From contig JAHLWZ010000797.1 in NCBI GenBank assembly GCA_020536535.1, positions 1 through 64,000 on the forward strand: 64,000 nucleotides of DNA, read 5' to 3'. The stretch comes from Pelomyxa schiedti. Lineage: Eukaryota; Protista; Evosea. Below the pieces are notes generated by a model. It was not told the DNA's origin, did no database searches, and saw nothing but the letters and a program-made list of their open reading frames with translations. Below, piece by piece: positions 25,601 through 38,863 of the stretch; position 1 is the stretch's first letter, and every line of letters starts with the position of its first letter. A program made the translations under genes and the position numbers.

Positions 25601-27981
25601 GTCTCTCCAGGAATTTCAGTTGTTGCGTTTTATCATCCTTTTCTTCGGTTAACCTGTGTACTAGAGTTTCCCTTTCCGAGTTCGCCGTTTCTGAGAAGAA
25701 GTCCTTTAGTCATTCAAAAAGGATCTTCAAACATACGGAGGGCAGTGAATCTGGCTTGTAGTCTTTCAAATTGCTGAGACAATGCCGTATATTTCTTTTT
25801 TTCGTCAATTTCTGCCGTCTTTGGTTTGGCTGCATCAAGAAGTTGCTGGAAGTTCAACTTGGTATCTATTTTGAGTCAGTAAAGGTTGCTGGATTTCCAA
25901 ACTTGCCATCTGCTCCTATAGTTTCATCAACGGAATCCCCAGAGTTTGAAGCTATTTGGTGAACAACTAAATCCGCCAGCAAAAATCGGGAGACTCTGTG
26001 GTTAAAATTTAGTCTTGACCTGCAATTTATGTAGTACCTTTTATCGGGAGACTCGTTGTTGAGTTTGAAAAGGCTGCCCAAGAGATCGAGAAAAACGTCG
26101 CTAAGTCCAGCATCTTCACAGCCTTTAGCTAGAGCGGCAAACACTTCCTCAGGGGTTCTAGAAGATATAAGACCATAAAATAGCTTGAAAAAGTTAATAC
26201 TTCAATTCCATAGAATTCATTGCTTGTAACTCCGTTTCATCAGAGTCCTTCAAATCACACCACACTTCATAGTGCACCTTGAAGTTATCTTGAGCCTCCG
26301 TTGGTTCAGGGGGCACTTGAATCTCCTAGACTAAGTTAGTGTCAGAATGAAACTACACATAGCACACCGATATCAATTTGTGAAATCCCAAATTTATGAA
26401 TTCCTTCCTGAGATAGGACCTGTACTTGACATCTTCAACCAAATTGAGGATTTCAGTAACGAAAGCCAGGAGCTTGGTTTTATACTCCCAAGAGAAGGGT
26501 TTCTTCATTCTTGACACTAGAATCTCAAATCTGCGCTTCTCCTGGGCCACCAATTTTAATTCGTTAAATGCTTTCATGATCATTCTAAGGGAGCATGTTA
26601 GATCTAGGTAGTCAACCAGAGTTGAACATACTCCTGGCCCTGAGGGCACTGATCAGGCATCAGTAGGGGCATCAGCAGGAGAGAAATAATAGCCACTTGC
26701 AACCTTTCGTCGTCTTCGAAATGTGGCAAACTCAAGCAAAGGGCTATAGTGGTGAGGGCATCTTGGTTGGTGATAACAGCCATAAGCCCCTCGGTATGGT
26801 TAGTAATGCCCTTAAGGGCCATGAACGTGAATCGCTCCATGGTTTGGTGGTCAGCCGACTTTCTAGGAGAAGAATAAATAAAGCAGGTCGTGTGCAGTAA
26901 GGGAAATACGGTCCAGTCTTGGTAATAAGGTTTTTCAAGTGTTGGATGAGCAGAGGCAACCCGTTGAAGCTCAGGAACCTTTACAACAATATCAGTGCCC
27001 CAAGAACAAAACCGAGAGAGTGTGTTATGGGATGCAGACTCACTCAACGACCCAAGTGGCAGGTGCTGTCCTGATACTGTAGCTCAAACTCTCCAGAAGC
27101 TTCAAAGTTGGCTCCGCATTCAGCTGGGCCGTGACATAAGCCGCGGTCGGCAGCGCGTCGACTTCTTGCTTATGGGTCAGCAGCAGCTGCCACTTCATTT
27201 CCACGGGCAGCATCTCGGTCCCGGGCGGCAGCTTCATCGCGGTCATGAGCTCCTTGAACATCCTTATGATCTCGTCGTCCGGGGGCCGGTTGGCCGTCGC
27301 GGCGCCGCCGGTCTTGGACGTCGTGGTGCGGCTCTTGGACGACGGCGTGGAGGCCGGCGCCGCGGCGGCGGATGTGGACGACGTGGGCCGCGAGGAGGAG
27401 GCCGAGGCGTCCGAGGACGTGCGGGAGGGCGCGGGGGAGTCGGCCCCCGGCGGCGTGGAGGTGGACGACGACGAGGAGGTGCGCTCCGAGGCCGTGGTGG
27501 ACGCCGAGGCCGAGGCGGAGGCCGACGAGTAGGACGTGGAGGTGCGCTTGCTCGACCCGGTGGTGGGCATCAGGGGCTCAGCGGCGGCCCCGGTGGTGGG
27601 CTGCTTGGCCGCAGGGGTCGCGGGTGACGTGGAGGGGCTGGTGGTTTTGCTGGAGTGGTGGTGGCTGCTGCTGTGGGAGCTGCTGCTGCTGGTGGTGGTG
27701 GTGGGGCTGACGGTGGTGCTTGCGGAGATTGCGGTGGAGATGCTGCCGCCGCTCTTGGCGGCTCTTTTGGCCTCCTCCGCCGCTCGCTTTTCCTCCTCTT
27801 TGCGCCGTTTCTCCTCTTCCTTGCGCCTCTTTTCTTCTTCTTTGGTGGACTTCTTGTCCGGTGGTTTGGACTCTGAGTTGGTGCACACAGGTTAAAGCAT
27901 AAGTAAGGGTAACAAAAAGTGTTTTTGAGTGAAACGGTTGTTCGGTTTTTTTTGCTAGTGGAGCGTACCGTGTTTCGGCAT
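22653..27981 (-). CDS. Diaphanous-related formin (GBD/FH3, coiled coil, FH1, FH2, DAD), spliced; one apparent frameshift in FH1
   Basis: MKWQLL, LESLSYSIRT..TWV (GBD); RRFEILV, LRKEFINLG (FH3); poly-Pro FH1; LILVLGNFLNSGTPRGG..AFKI, TLMNFLV, PEEFFKEFKTF (FH2); LVDDMIDGVIAGKKKRK (DAD). First exon MPKH at 27981. Confidence 0.92.
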
Positions 27982-28123
27982 CTTCGTGCCCTGCTTTTTT
28001 TGTTTTTTTACTTTACACCCCTTTTTTTTCAGTGATTCCAACGAAATCTTTTCCTGTGAAAAAACAAAGGACGGCTTTACGTTGGACCAATTGAGTTGGT
28101 TCAAAAGGCTCTATTTATAGCAA

Positions 28124-29282
28124 TCAAGCCGAGGTTCCTCTTATGGCAGTGGAAGTTTGCTTTGTTGTGCCTTTTTGGTGTGGCCTTTGGTGTTTCGCCA
28201 CACAGAATTCATCTTTGTCCGCAGAGATCCTTTTCATTGTGTGGGTCTTAGTGCAAATTTCGAGATGAAGTCTCCCAATCCATAGAGTAGCATCATGGTG
28301 AACAGTTGGCGGAAGTTTGTGGTGCTCAAGCACTCCATTTGTCAGAAACCATTTGGTAACGTTTTATGCATAAAAGTTAAACTAATACAACGAAAGAAAA
28401 TACTAGGATTACAATGAGTACAACCACGCATTCATCGTTTTACGGCACTAACCAATTTTAGAAAGGGATGCAACGATCATATCAACATCTATGGAGGAGC
28501 CTCCAAGACATAGAAAAGATAACCTCATGAAGTCACCAAACTGATGAGTTGTTGGTACAGGGTAGTGTGGTTCCAACTCCATAGTTTTGTTTTCCGGCAG
28601 AAGTTGGGCCAATTCAGTTACATTGAAACTAGTTACAATACCTGTAGAGAGATACAAAGTTGGCTAGAAGCTCAAAAAAAGTGTGAACATTTTCCAACTC
28701 TGCGAAAAATCCAAAGGCAATGTATTAGAGTGCATGACAATAGGCCTGTGTGGTACACAAGGAAGATGTTATTGCCATAGTTGAAACCCAAAGTTAATAG
28801 TCACCCTCTTCATGCCTATTTATCCCATAATGCCCCATTACGCCTACCTCTCAGACATAGTGACCAACAGAGACACAACAGGCAGTGGGATATAGCAGTC
28901 CTCTTGCTGTCCATAATGAACATTCGAGGTGCTCGAGTCTTCAGCAGCAGTTTTAAGTGCTTCTCGATCCGTGTCAGTATCAGGTTCAAGTTGAGTGGTG
29001 CTCGAAGATTCAGCCGTTTCTGCACTGCTCAGTTCCACGTGCGAAGAATCAGGGGCCAGCGATCCAGGTCGATAAAGGGAGCTCTAACGGGCCACATGTG
29101 AAGGAGCTGGGTCATGGATCGCAGGGGAGTACGTAGCCGCCACTTCGTCGTTCGGTGGCACAACAGCAGTAAGCGCCGACGTGGCCACCAAAAAACCAGC
29201 AGGCCGTGCGAAGAAAACCGACCATCGCGCACAAAACAAGTGCTCCGAGGGCCAATGGCCGAACAGGTGCTCCGTACTGCAT
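28124..29282 (-). CDS. Hypothetical protein, spliced
   Basis: Chain of minus-strand ORFs (28844..29038, 28448..28657, 28124..28333) with plausible GT-AG boundaries; no recognised motif. Confidence 0.4.
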
Positions 29283-29391
29283 GGTGAAAAAAAATTAGGA
29301 CAGAAAAGCTATGCAAGAAAACGACAATACCGATCCTGAGCGACGATAACGGTATTTTTAAAACTTATGGATTTCTTTTCCGGTATTTTTA

Positions 29392-32300
29392 ATGCTGGAA
29401 GAAGAGTTCTCGGACGAGGAGGAGTATGAGGACGCGGAGGAGGCGAGCCGCGACGCTGCGGCCCTTAATTTTCTCAACAACATCACGTTGTCTCCGCCTG
29501 GGTCCGTGGCGTCTTCGTCGGCCGGGGCGCCGTCTCTGGGGCGCCGCCTGAGCCGGCGCCGCAGCCTGCTCGCTTCCGCCTCCGCCCAGACACCCCCGCG
29601 CGACACGAGGAACACGCCGCCCCCGCCCCCGCCGGAGCCCCCGCCGCCCGATCCGAAGCCCCCCGTGTCCCACGTCAAGTACAGGAGCAAGCTGCATGCC
29701 GAGGCCGCGACCGCTACCGCTACCGCTACCACTACCACAGCTGCGGGGGACGGAGGAGAAGGCTCGCGGGCGGTGGCGGAAGCGAAGGAACCTGAGGGCA
29801 CAACGGCGGCGGAAGGCGGACCGGCCGCAAAGCCAACTACGAGGCGGCACAAGGACCAGGCCAGAACTACAACTGAAACCGCAGCTGCCACCGATACCGC
29901 GGCTGCTGCTGCCGCCGCCGCCACCACCACCACCACCACCACTACAACAGCTACAAGTTATGGGAGCAAACGCCATAATAGCAGCAACAAGCGCAGCAAC
30001 AAAAACGGTGCCGGGGCAGTAACAGATTCGACCGACAAAAGTGGTGATTCTAGTGGATCATCCTCTAGAAAGAAGAAATGGAAGGACAAAAAGAAGCGCG
30101 ACAGAACTAACAAGAAAGGGAGCTCCTCGAACTCCCGCGACGCAAAGGGGGCGGTTCATGTAATAATATCCACCAAGGAACACAAGGATAGTTCATCTGA
30201 ATCGCGTCGCAAGCGAGAGCGAGACCATAAGCACAAGCATAAACGGAACACCAGCGAGCACAAACACGAAAAAGAACCTGTCGTCTGCATACCCACACCT
30301 AAGCTCACCTCAAGCAGCGAGCACAGAATGAAGCGTCGTTCCAGCTCGTCCTTGTCCCGTGGCAAACGGAAATTCAAGTCACGCGGCAGTTCAAACAACT
30401 CACAGCCTGGAACTGTGCCGGCTGGCGACAAAAGTGGAAGTGAGAGCACAAAAACAAGGAGTGAAGGAGATGAGGACGATGTTAGAACAACTGGGAGGAA
30501 AAGAAACAGATTTGGAAACGCCGGGCGGGGCACAAACGTTGTGCAGATTTGTGGTGAAACGACAAGCAGTACTACCACCACCCACGAGATTGACTCAGGT
30601 CTTGACGGAAGGTACCTTTTGATTCAGTCATACTTCAAGTTCTAACTATTCTTGATCTCTCCCCTTTTCGCAGCCGCACACAACAAGCACTGTCTTTTCT
30701 AAATAACATCAGCTTTGGGCAGTCACATTCACCCCGCCGTGTGCCTGCCTCTTTGGGAGGCCATTCTGCTGAAGTCATGGTTGAATCAACTCCAGTTCCT
30801 CTACCCACTGGGGTAGGTGACAGTGGCACACGAAACAGTAAGAATACTGGTAGCTTGCAGATTCCCTCTGATGTGAGCAATACTGGTGATGAAGAAGGTG
30901 TTCTGGCCCTTGTAGTTGGTGACAAAATGAATAGGCAATACATCACCAGAGTAAGCACAGTTGGTAGCGCCTCAAATTCAAGCAATATACCAGCACACCT
31001 TGCTTACACAGGCACACGTTTGAGTGACGGTGCGGCCACCAATAGTGCCCTCAATCTGTATGGGAAAGATAAACTTGGAAGAGTGCTTCTAGGTACCAAT
31101 AGTGCATTCTCTACAAGGCCGAAGACCCCCAATCAGGGAAGTGCCACATCAGGTGCCGGAGTCGGAACAGGAGGTGGTGGCAGTGACGATGGAGTAATTG
31201 AAAGCAAAGTTAGCAGTGCAGGGAAGGGAGAAGGAAGTGAACAAACAACAATTCCAAGTACTAGTGAAATCGTAAGTGCCACCAGTACATGTGTGGATAA
31301 CATGTCTCCAACAAGTGAATCTAAACAGCGAAGCAGGGGCACACAAGTCCCAAAACCACTTGAGGGTAGTACCAGTGACACTCATAAATCTCAGTCAAGT
31401 AAGGAAAAGAATCCAGAGAATGAGGGGAGTTCTGTAAAACGAAGCCGGATTGAAAAGGATACTAAGAAGTCAGGTAGGAGTAAACCAGTTGACTTGAGTG
31501 CCTCTAGTCCCAACAAAGACAGTAAGCGAATTGATACCAATGAAACCACATCCAATTCGAGTCACAAAAGAAGAAATGGCCTTGATCTTCCGCGATCTCC
31601 AATAAAGGTGCATGCCCGAGGGACCAAACCAAAAAGTAGCAGTTCCTCACCAAAATTGCCCCTAGAAGCAGTCCCCGTTATCATACGCAAATCCGCTCAC
31701 AGCAGCAGTTCTGGAAAGATTAAAAGCAACAAATCTTCGCCTAAGAACAAACACCAAAGTTCTTCCCATCACAATCCAAGTGGCTGTCAACGTTCTGAAG
31801 TTGACGATACACAAATCCACAAAAGTGTAAATACAAGTGATAACTTGTATGTGGTGGAGACAAAAGTGGAGGTTCCCTTTTCTGTGGCAATGAAGCAACC
31901 CATACCATTAACACCAAAAACGAAACCAAGTGGCATTGCACAAGCTCTGTCCTCTGAAACTGTGAGGTTATCAAATTCTCAAAAACAATTCGTTACTGAC
32001 TTCAGCAGCAAGGATCCTTTGACTGAAAAACCAGAATCTGATGCACCCAAGGCAAGCTGTCCTGTTCTTCTTAATCCTATTGGCGATGGAATCCACGTGG
32101 ACGTTCTTCGGACAGCATCAGTGTGTTACGTCTGTGATGGAATCAGTGTTTTTAGTGCTGCTTTGTAACTTCTTGTTTTAACCTCCTTACAGAGAAATCT
32201 TAGAATTCCTTTTCGTGTGTTAACCCTTACTACTCTTTGGCTTCCTGACATGGAATAGAAACGCAGGACACTTCCAGTCCGAGATTAAGTCCCACCACAA

Positions 32301-33632
32301 AGCTACACACTGGTCAAGCATGTAACGTTATGTGTGAACCAATTTCTCATTTTCTTCTCTTTAACTCGACTTAGCAAGCAGTATCTTGATCATAATAAAG
32401 GACCTTCAAAAGTCTATTTTACTGTGTCTAAGGTCTCAAGAATTCAATAATTCCTCACATACTCATTCCGTGGTTAGATGCAACCATTTGCTATATATTC
32501 CTTCAAACACCCAAAATTCAAAGGAAAGGGTCGGTGGCTAAAGCCTGTTGATGACAAGTATGCTCCCTATCTGTCCTTCTGTACTTTTTCCATTGTGACT
32601 TTATGAACAAATCAACAAAGCGTACATGATGAAGTAGTAGATCAGGTTTAATTTCATTCATCTCTTTTTTCAACACCAAGGAAACCCATACCTAGTCTAA
32701 TGACGAACTTCTGACACCAGAGTGGGCAACGTTGTCTCCTTGGTTTCCCTTTTCTTTCTCACTCATTTTCTAGTACGAACGGCTCGCAGGCAACACTCAG
32801 TTATGATCCACGCACCTTTGATGATCCATCGTTGAAAGTGGGACGACATATTACAGTAATGTCTTTGGCTAGCTTCAAGGTAAGTTGAAACAACACAACA
32901 ACCAAACCAATACATTGCCAGAGTTCAATTGTTCCTTTTGTCCGACCAGCAGAGCTGAAAACAGAACTAAACGAAAAATTTAGAGAAATGAACCCCAACA
33001 TTCATAGCACTGTGACACTTTCCTCCTTGCGCTCTATTAAACAGAAGATATTACAGATATCACAGCAAATGGTTGTTGTAAAACTATTACTCATAATCTC
33101 ACTTCAACACAGAATTTGGACTTGTCAACAGTGGCTTTAAGCTATTGTTTGATAGAAAAATTGGTCATCAAGGTGTGTCAAATCAAATTTCTCACAGGCA
33201 ATATAACAACTCAATAAACAGGGTGCGGCTGATAAAAATAATCTCAAACGTTATGCAGGTTTTCAATAAACTGAAGCCATATTATAAACTAAACAGGGAA
33301 AAAAGGCGTCTGCCTTGTGCTAGCCACCAAGTTTAATCAACAAGTCCACTTTTCAACCTTACAAGACCTTTTTGCTGTATGCAGTGAAACACAGTTTTGG
33401 CTTTACCTTATGTCACAAACAGGTACTTGACAAAGACCTTGGTGTGACTCCCGAAGAAATTCGTGCTTCAGAATTTCCTGTTTTCACCAAACTTTCATTT
33501 GGCCTGTTTGCCAAACGGTCTGATGTTATGGTGCACTATGACAGGCTCAAACAAGCAGTAAGTGTTTATTCAACCGACTCCTCTCACATAAGAACAGATA
33601 AGAAAGAAGGAGAAAAAGAAAAAGTCCAATGA
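29392..33632 (+). CDS. CABLES-like cyclin-box protein, spliced
   Basis: N-terminal AAALNFLNNITLS; C-terminal YDPRTFDDPSLKVGRHITV, SIVPFVRPAELKTELNEKFRE, TLSSLRSIK, LSTVALSYCLIEKLV, CLVLATKFN, SEFPVFTKLSFGL. Confidence 0.85.
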
Positions 33633-33722
33633 ATCGGCCTCAGGAAGTAGTGAGACCTAGCTGAAAAACCTCTTACGAAAATGCCTGTTGTAGTTTTTGG
33701 TTGTACAAAACTGTGAAAAACA

Positions 33723-35566
33723 CTATGATTTCTTCCAAACAATTGTTACTTTGGGCTTTGGTGTAGTTGGACTTGGAGTTGTGTTTGTGGGCTCTTCCGG
33801 TTTGGGTAGGGAAATTTTGGGTGACATGTATGTTATCCTGATGGCTGGTTGGTGCACTTGGGGTGGTGCCGTGGGCTGTGCCGCCGGTACCGGCGGTGGT
33901 GTGGGAGTGTGCTCCTGGTGCTGTTGGTTTTGGTCTCTTTGGTACGGTTGTGTCTGTTGTAGTGGTTGTGGTTGTGGCTGTGGCTGCGGCTGCGTCTGCG
34001 TCTGCGTCTGCGTCTGCGGCTGCGGCTGCGGCTGCGGCTGCGGCTGCGGCTGTGCTACTGCTGGCGGTTGTGACTGTAATGGTTGTAGTGGTTGTGTCTG
34101 TGGCGGTGGGGCTTGCGTTTGCATGCAACTGAAACTTTCCTTTTGGTATTAAGTGAAGGAGAATTACCCCAGAGAAGACATACTTTTTGGTTAGCTTTCT
34201 TTAGGACAAGTACTTTAACACCTTTGGATTCCATTACACGTGACTCAGAAGTGGGACTAGAAGAAGTGGTAGACATTTGGCAAGACTGTTGACTGAGTTG
34301 AAGTAAAGCCTCTTGCGGAGGGGAGAGGATTTCCGGCCTGTGTGTAGTCTGAGTGAGGTCTGGCAAGCACTGGGAACTCAAGGGTTGGGTATTCCCAGGG
34401 TGCTCTTTCTTCGTGACGGAAATCTGCACTGGATTGTGTGGTTTTAAACTGACTTGATGGGATGATGCAGGAGGTATTACTGTCGAGGAATGCTGTTTAG
34501 TCCCTCGTCCAAGGGCTTGCTTGAAAAAAATCAAATGATAAGGCTTGAGCAATCGGGTTCTTACCTCAGGTGTCAACGGAGAAAAAGGAGGTGGGGCATC
34601 TTCTCCAGAGAGTGGTTTCACACCACGCTGCTTGGCACGTAATGATTCCTAGGTACTCTTACTAGTTTGCAGGGAAAATAAATGCACACTAGTTGAGAAC
34701 GCCAGGCTAATTCCAGTTGTTCTACATGGCCACCAAGAAACTAATACTATATGAGAAGAAAAAGACTAAGAATGGGTAAACAGTTGTGTTTGATGCATCA
34801 AGGAGCAAAAAATTTCGGAAAACGGTGCAATCACATATCCGGATTTTGGCGCCAGGAATAACTGTTTCCACACTATGCTGCCAAAATCAGAAATATGTAC
34901 ACTTAAAATAATAAAGGACCTGAAACCAGGAATTTGATGGTACTCAATTGCGCGGAGATTATTACACCCATCCTAAGAATAATTGGACACAATTTGACAG
35001 AGGAAGAAAACCGTTAGGGTTAAATGCAAGGTTTGCAGGGGATTCTTTTCAGCTAGCAGGCTAGCCTTGACTCTAAAAGAAGGATGAGAAAGTAAGTAGT
35101 GCCACTAAAACAGACGTAGTGACGTCACGGCAATCTTTAACTTGGAGAACATGAGGACCTGTAATCTTTAATGTGAAAGTGTCAGAACGGCGCAAAAAAA
35201 AAAAGAAAAAAAGTGCACATACCACCCCTTTAGCATTTGGTAAAAGTGCCGTTTTTGGCAATCCTTCAACGAGATCCTACTCGAGCTTCAAAAATTACTT
35301 CCCCCTCCCAGAGTTAAATAAAACCTGCAAGTCGCACTATGGCTGCTTGAGACGAAGCCAAAGGGGGCGAAAAAAGAGAAGTATACATTTAAAAAGTGAG
35401 CCACGAGTGCGTCGCTTAGAGCCTGTTGTACTTGGATCGAAACACGTCGTTTTTCCTGAATCTCCTCGACTGCATCTAAAACCGCCGACTCAGACACCCG
35501 TAAGCCAAAACCGCACAAGGACCTCAGTACTGACTCGACGTCTACGCCAACCACAACCCCGCTCAT
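33723..35566 (-). CDS. RMI1/TDRD3-type N-terminal OB-fold protein with Q/P-rich tail, spliced
   Basis: GPHVLQV..CRDV, IPGAKI, FLLLDASNT, FLGGHVEQL..AW, then DAPPPFSPL; tail (QP)n/(QT)n. Confidence 0.7.
33960..34053. repeat. Hexanucleotide coding repeat (ggctgc/gtctgc) encoding QP/QT dipeptides
   Basis: Directly visible tandem hexamers. Confidence 0.9.
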
Positions 35567-35842
35567 TCGTTGATTGGTTTTTAAGATGGCTGGACCTGAG
35601 CAGAAACTTAGCTGAACTTGTGCTGCCAGGAGAACTTCCATCGAATGGAAGTACTCTTATGAGCTTCATTGGGTAAGGAGTGCCACCAGTAACCACAAGT
35701 TAGTCCTCCTCGTCAGTTGCAGATTCTCAGTTGCTACCAGGAATTTTCTTTCACGAGAACGGAACCAAGTTTACTAAACTTTTTTTTTCAAACAAAAAAA
35801 AAAAAACCCACAACCAACAACACGCAACTATCGACGTCACGC

Positions 35843-37347
35843 ATGGCACGCGTTGCTCGCGAAGACCCAGTTTTGATCGATCGCGACATAGATCTGCTTT
35901 ACATTGGAGAGGATCTACTCACTTCGTACATTACGAACGGCGATGCGCGCCCGATCTCTTCCGCCTCTATTTCGCCGAGCGTTTCGTGTCGGAATGATGT
36001 CAAAAACAGCATCCACGTTGCGGGCCGGAAACGGCTTCCCGCAGCGGAATACGAGTCGTCGGACGACGAGGATGTGCCTTGCCCGTCTAGAAAGCGGAGC
36101 AGGAAACACACTCTCTCTAAATCCCGTCTTTTGGTCAGCAATAAATCCTCCACGGGTATCTCTTTTCCACTTTTTTCGCTTCTTGAGATTAACCTTTACG
36201 GCAGAGCTTAAACCGTCGTGGCAGGGTTACCCTTCCCAATGCGCGGTTCCGGCCGAGGCTGATGACACATACAACTCATCCAGTGAAAGCGAATCGGATC
36301 AGTCCGAGTCCGACTGCTCCACACCAGGACAGTCAACATCCGATGATGATACTGTGGCATCAGGTTCTATCACTAGACAAAACTCGCGTACGGGCCTTTG
36401 TTGTGGCCGAGCTTCAGCTGCTAACCCAGCTCCAGCTGTTCCAGGAGAAGCATGTGAGGAAAGCGACGCTGGTGAGACTTACGATGAGGACGGAGAGGCC
36501 GATAACTTTGGGGAAAGCGATGATGACTCAAGCTCTGAATCTGGCTTGACCAACGTACCCTTCGACCCCTACCTGTTCATCAAGAACTTGCCGCCTCATG
36601 AGTCTTTAAGTCAACCTCCAGTTGTTCTTCCTCCCCCGGCAGCTTCGTCTCCCAAAGCCACTCTGGTCTTGGACCTTGACGAAACTCTGGCGCACTCATC
36701 CTTGGAATCTATTCCTGGCGAGGAACTGGTCTTCAACGTCACAATCAGTGGCAAAGACTATACTATGCACGCCAGGAAAAGGCCACATCTTGAGCAATTC
36801 TTACTTGCTGTATCAGCGATGTTTGAGGTGGTAGTGTTCACTGCCTCACAGGCTGAATACGCCAGCAAGTTGCTCGACCACATTGATCCTCAAAATCGCA
36901 TCTTCACGTAATACTCCTCACAAGCACTCTTTATGTTCTCTTTGATGTTCCTCTTCTACTCTTGTGTTGTGCCTTCCCCCTCTCTTACCCCCATTGGTAA
37001 TTAGACATCGTATCTACCGTGAAGGCTGCGTGTTTGTTGGTGGGAACTATCTCAAGGACTTGACTGTACTGGGACGAGACATGTCCCATGTCGTCATCAT
37101 TGATAATTCCCCCCACGTTTTTGGATACCAGGTAGCATATCCATTGTTAAATTACCCATCGATCTACCCGAGCACCTAGATGGATAATGGTGTTCCTATT
37201 CTGAGCTTTACTGACTGCAACGAAGACACTGAGCTTTTGAAGCTCTTACCTCTTCTTAAAGTCTTGTCTTCTGCGGACGACGTAAGGCCAATTTTGCGCT
37301 CCACATATGAAATGTACAAGCGCGTTGAGGACGCCGACTCCCTGTAA
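35843..37347 (+). CDS. CTDSPL2: CTD small phosphatase-like 2 (NIF/FCP1-type HAD phosphatase), spliced
   Basis: [77 protein letters not shown]. Confidence 0.9.
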
Positions 37348-37504
37348 TTTTTACTGGCTTCATTCTTGTATGGCTAGTCATGTGCAACTACACGGCTATT
37401 TTTCTGAGCGAGAGCAAAGGGAAAAGCTCACCACAAAACAAAAAAACCAAAATCAAAAAGATTGGAAAAATAAAACAGCAAACTTTGTATTTTAATTCTT
37501 TTTT

Positions 37505-38714
37505 CTATGTCTTTTTCCCTTTGGGCTTGGAAGGGGGGGCAGTCATTTTACGGATGTGGTCTCGTGACCGTAAGTCAGCCTGTCTGATTGGCTCTGGGAT
37601 CCTAACCTTGCATGTCACTAGCGTGAGAGATACTGCAGTGTCCAAAGAAACTAAGTGCCCAGGTGAAACGTAGAGGGCCTTGTTGCAACCATTCGGGGGT
37701 CGGACTATCTGTGAAAGAGAAGTTACGTTGAATTTGCAATAGAAGTTGAACATACAGCACCCAGAGTGGTTCCGGAGTTTCCTACTAGAACGGCATGAGA
37801 TCCGGGTGATTGGCATTGTGTCTGGAAAATCTGGTCACATTCATCAATCCCGACACCATCCACAAGCATAGTTTTCTAGCAATCAGATTAGAAACTTTTG
37901 TGCGGGTCAATGAGAAACTCACCTTGGCCACCCCCACAGTTGGAATGTTAGCAAGTACTCCAAGGTGACTGGCTAAGCCAAACCCTGATGGTTGTTATTA
38001 TCGAGGAGTGGGAAATTTAGGCAGACCGCGGGGGTGAAGAATTCCATTTCCATCTACAAGAAACACCTTCAATAATAAATTAGAGAACAAGTAACTGAAG
38101 GATTGTACCTGTGGCAATAGGTCCGGTTTTGTTGCCCTGAGTTCTTCAATCATGGGCAACAATAAAGGAGCTTCCCTGAACGCAAGAAATCCACTTATGT
38201 AAGGTGCTGTCAGTTTCACCATGGAGTAAGCTTCGTAAACTACCTGTAAATAATGAGGACAATAACTACGTAGATTGTATTCAAATAGGTTGCTCGTAAC
38301 CTTCAATGCAGGATAGGACAGTACAACAATAGAAGCACAAGCATCAACGGGGCTTCCTTTAACGAAACTGATATCAGTTCCCTTGATACTTTCTGTTCAG
38401 TTCCGCACGGTGCGAATTTGCAATAACGAATAGAGACTCACCCCTATGAGCCGCAGATTCGAGGTAGAGGGCAAAACACTCCATTCCGGATGAACGTCGT
38501 CTGTCCTCAGCCTACGTTTGAGCTCGAGTTGCTCCCTGTGTTATTAATATGTAAATCTAGCAAGTGCCACTGAAAGAAAAACACAAAAGTCGCGGCAGGG
38601 AACTAGTGTCAGAAAACGAAGGAGAGCAGGGAGAGGCTCTGCCTGCCTTTCCCAATTGGCTTTTATCTCATCAGAAGGCTGGGCCAATGTCTCACCGACC
38701 GATACCGCTGCCAT
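37505..38714 (-). CDS. ENDOV: Endonuclease V (inosine-specific nuclease), spliced
   Basis: WEREQ, GTDISF, PYISGFLAFRE, FLVDGNGILHPRGFGLASHLG, TVGVAK, YVSPGH, RIPEPIRQAD. Confidence 0.93.
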
Positions 38715-38863
38715 CTAACTACGCTCCTTTTGTTATCACAACAACCAGGAAGAAACGCTCCGTTTCCCCTTTCATCAAATCTCCACAACCAAGAAGAAAC
38801 TTGGTTTACAACCAGAGAAAAAAAAAAGAAAAAAGAACCCATCAAGGGACGACACCAAGGCAG

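Noticed and set aside
26995-27902. Several overlapping plus-strand ORFs (similar cases at 29358-29976, 56437-57659, 57991-58738)
   Set aside because: Stop-poor shadow frames of GC-rich exons of formin, CABLES, XRCC4 and the SR-like gene.
33697-34152. Cys/Gly-rich metallothionein-like plus-strand ORF
   Set aside because: Antisense shadow of the QP/QT hexamer repeat in the minus-strand gene.
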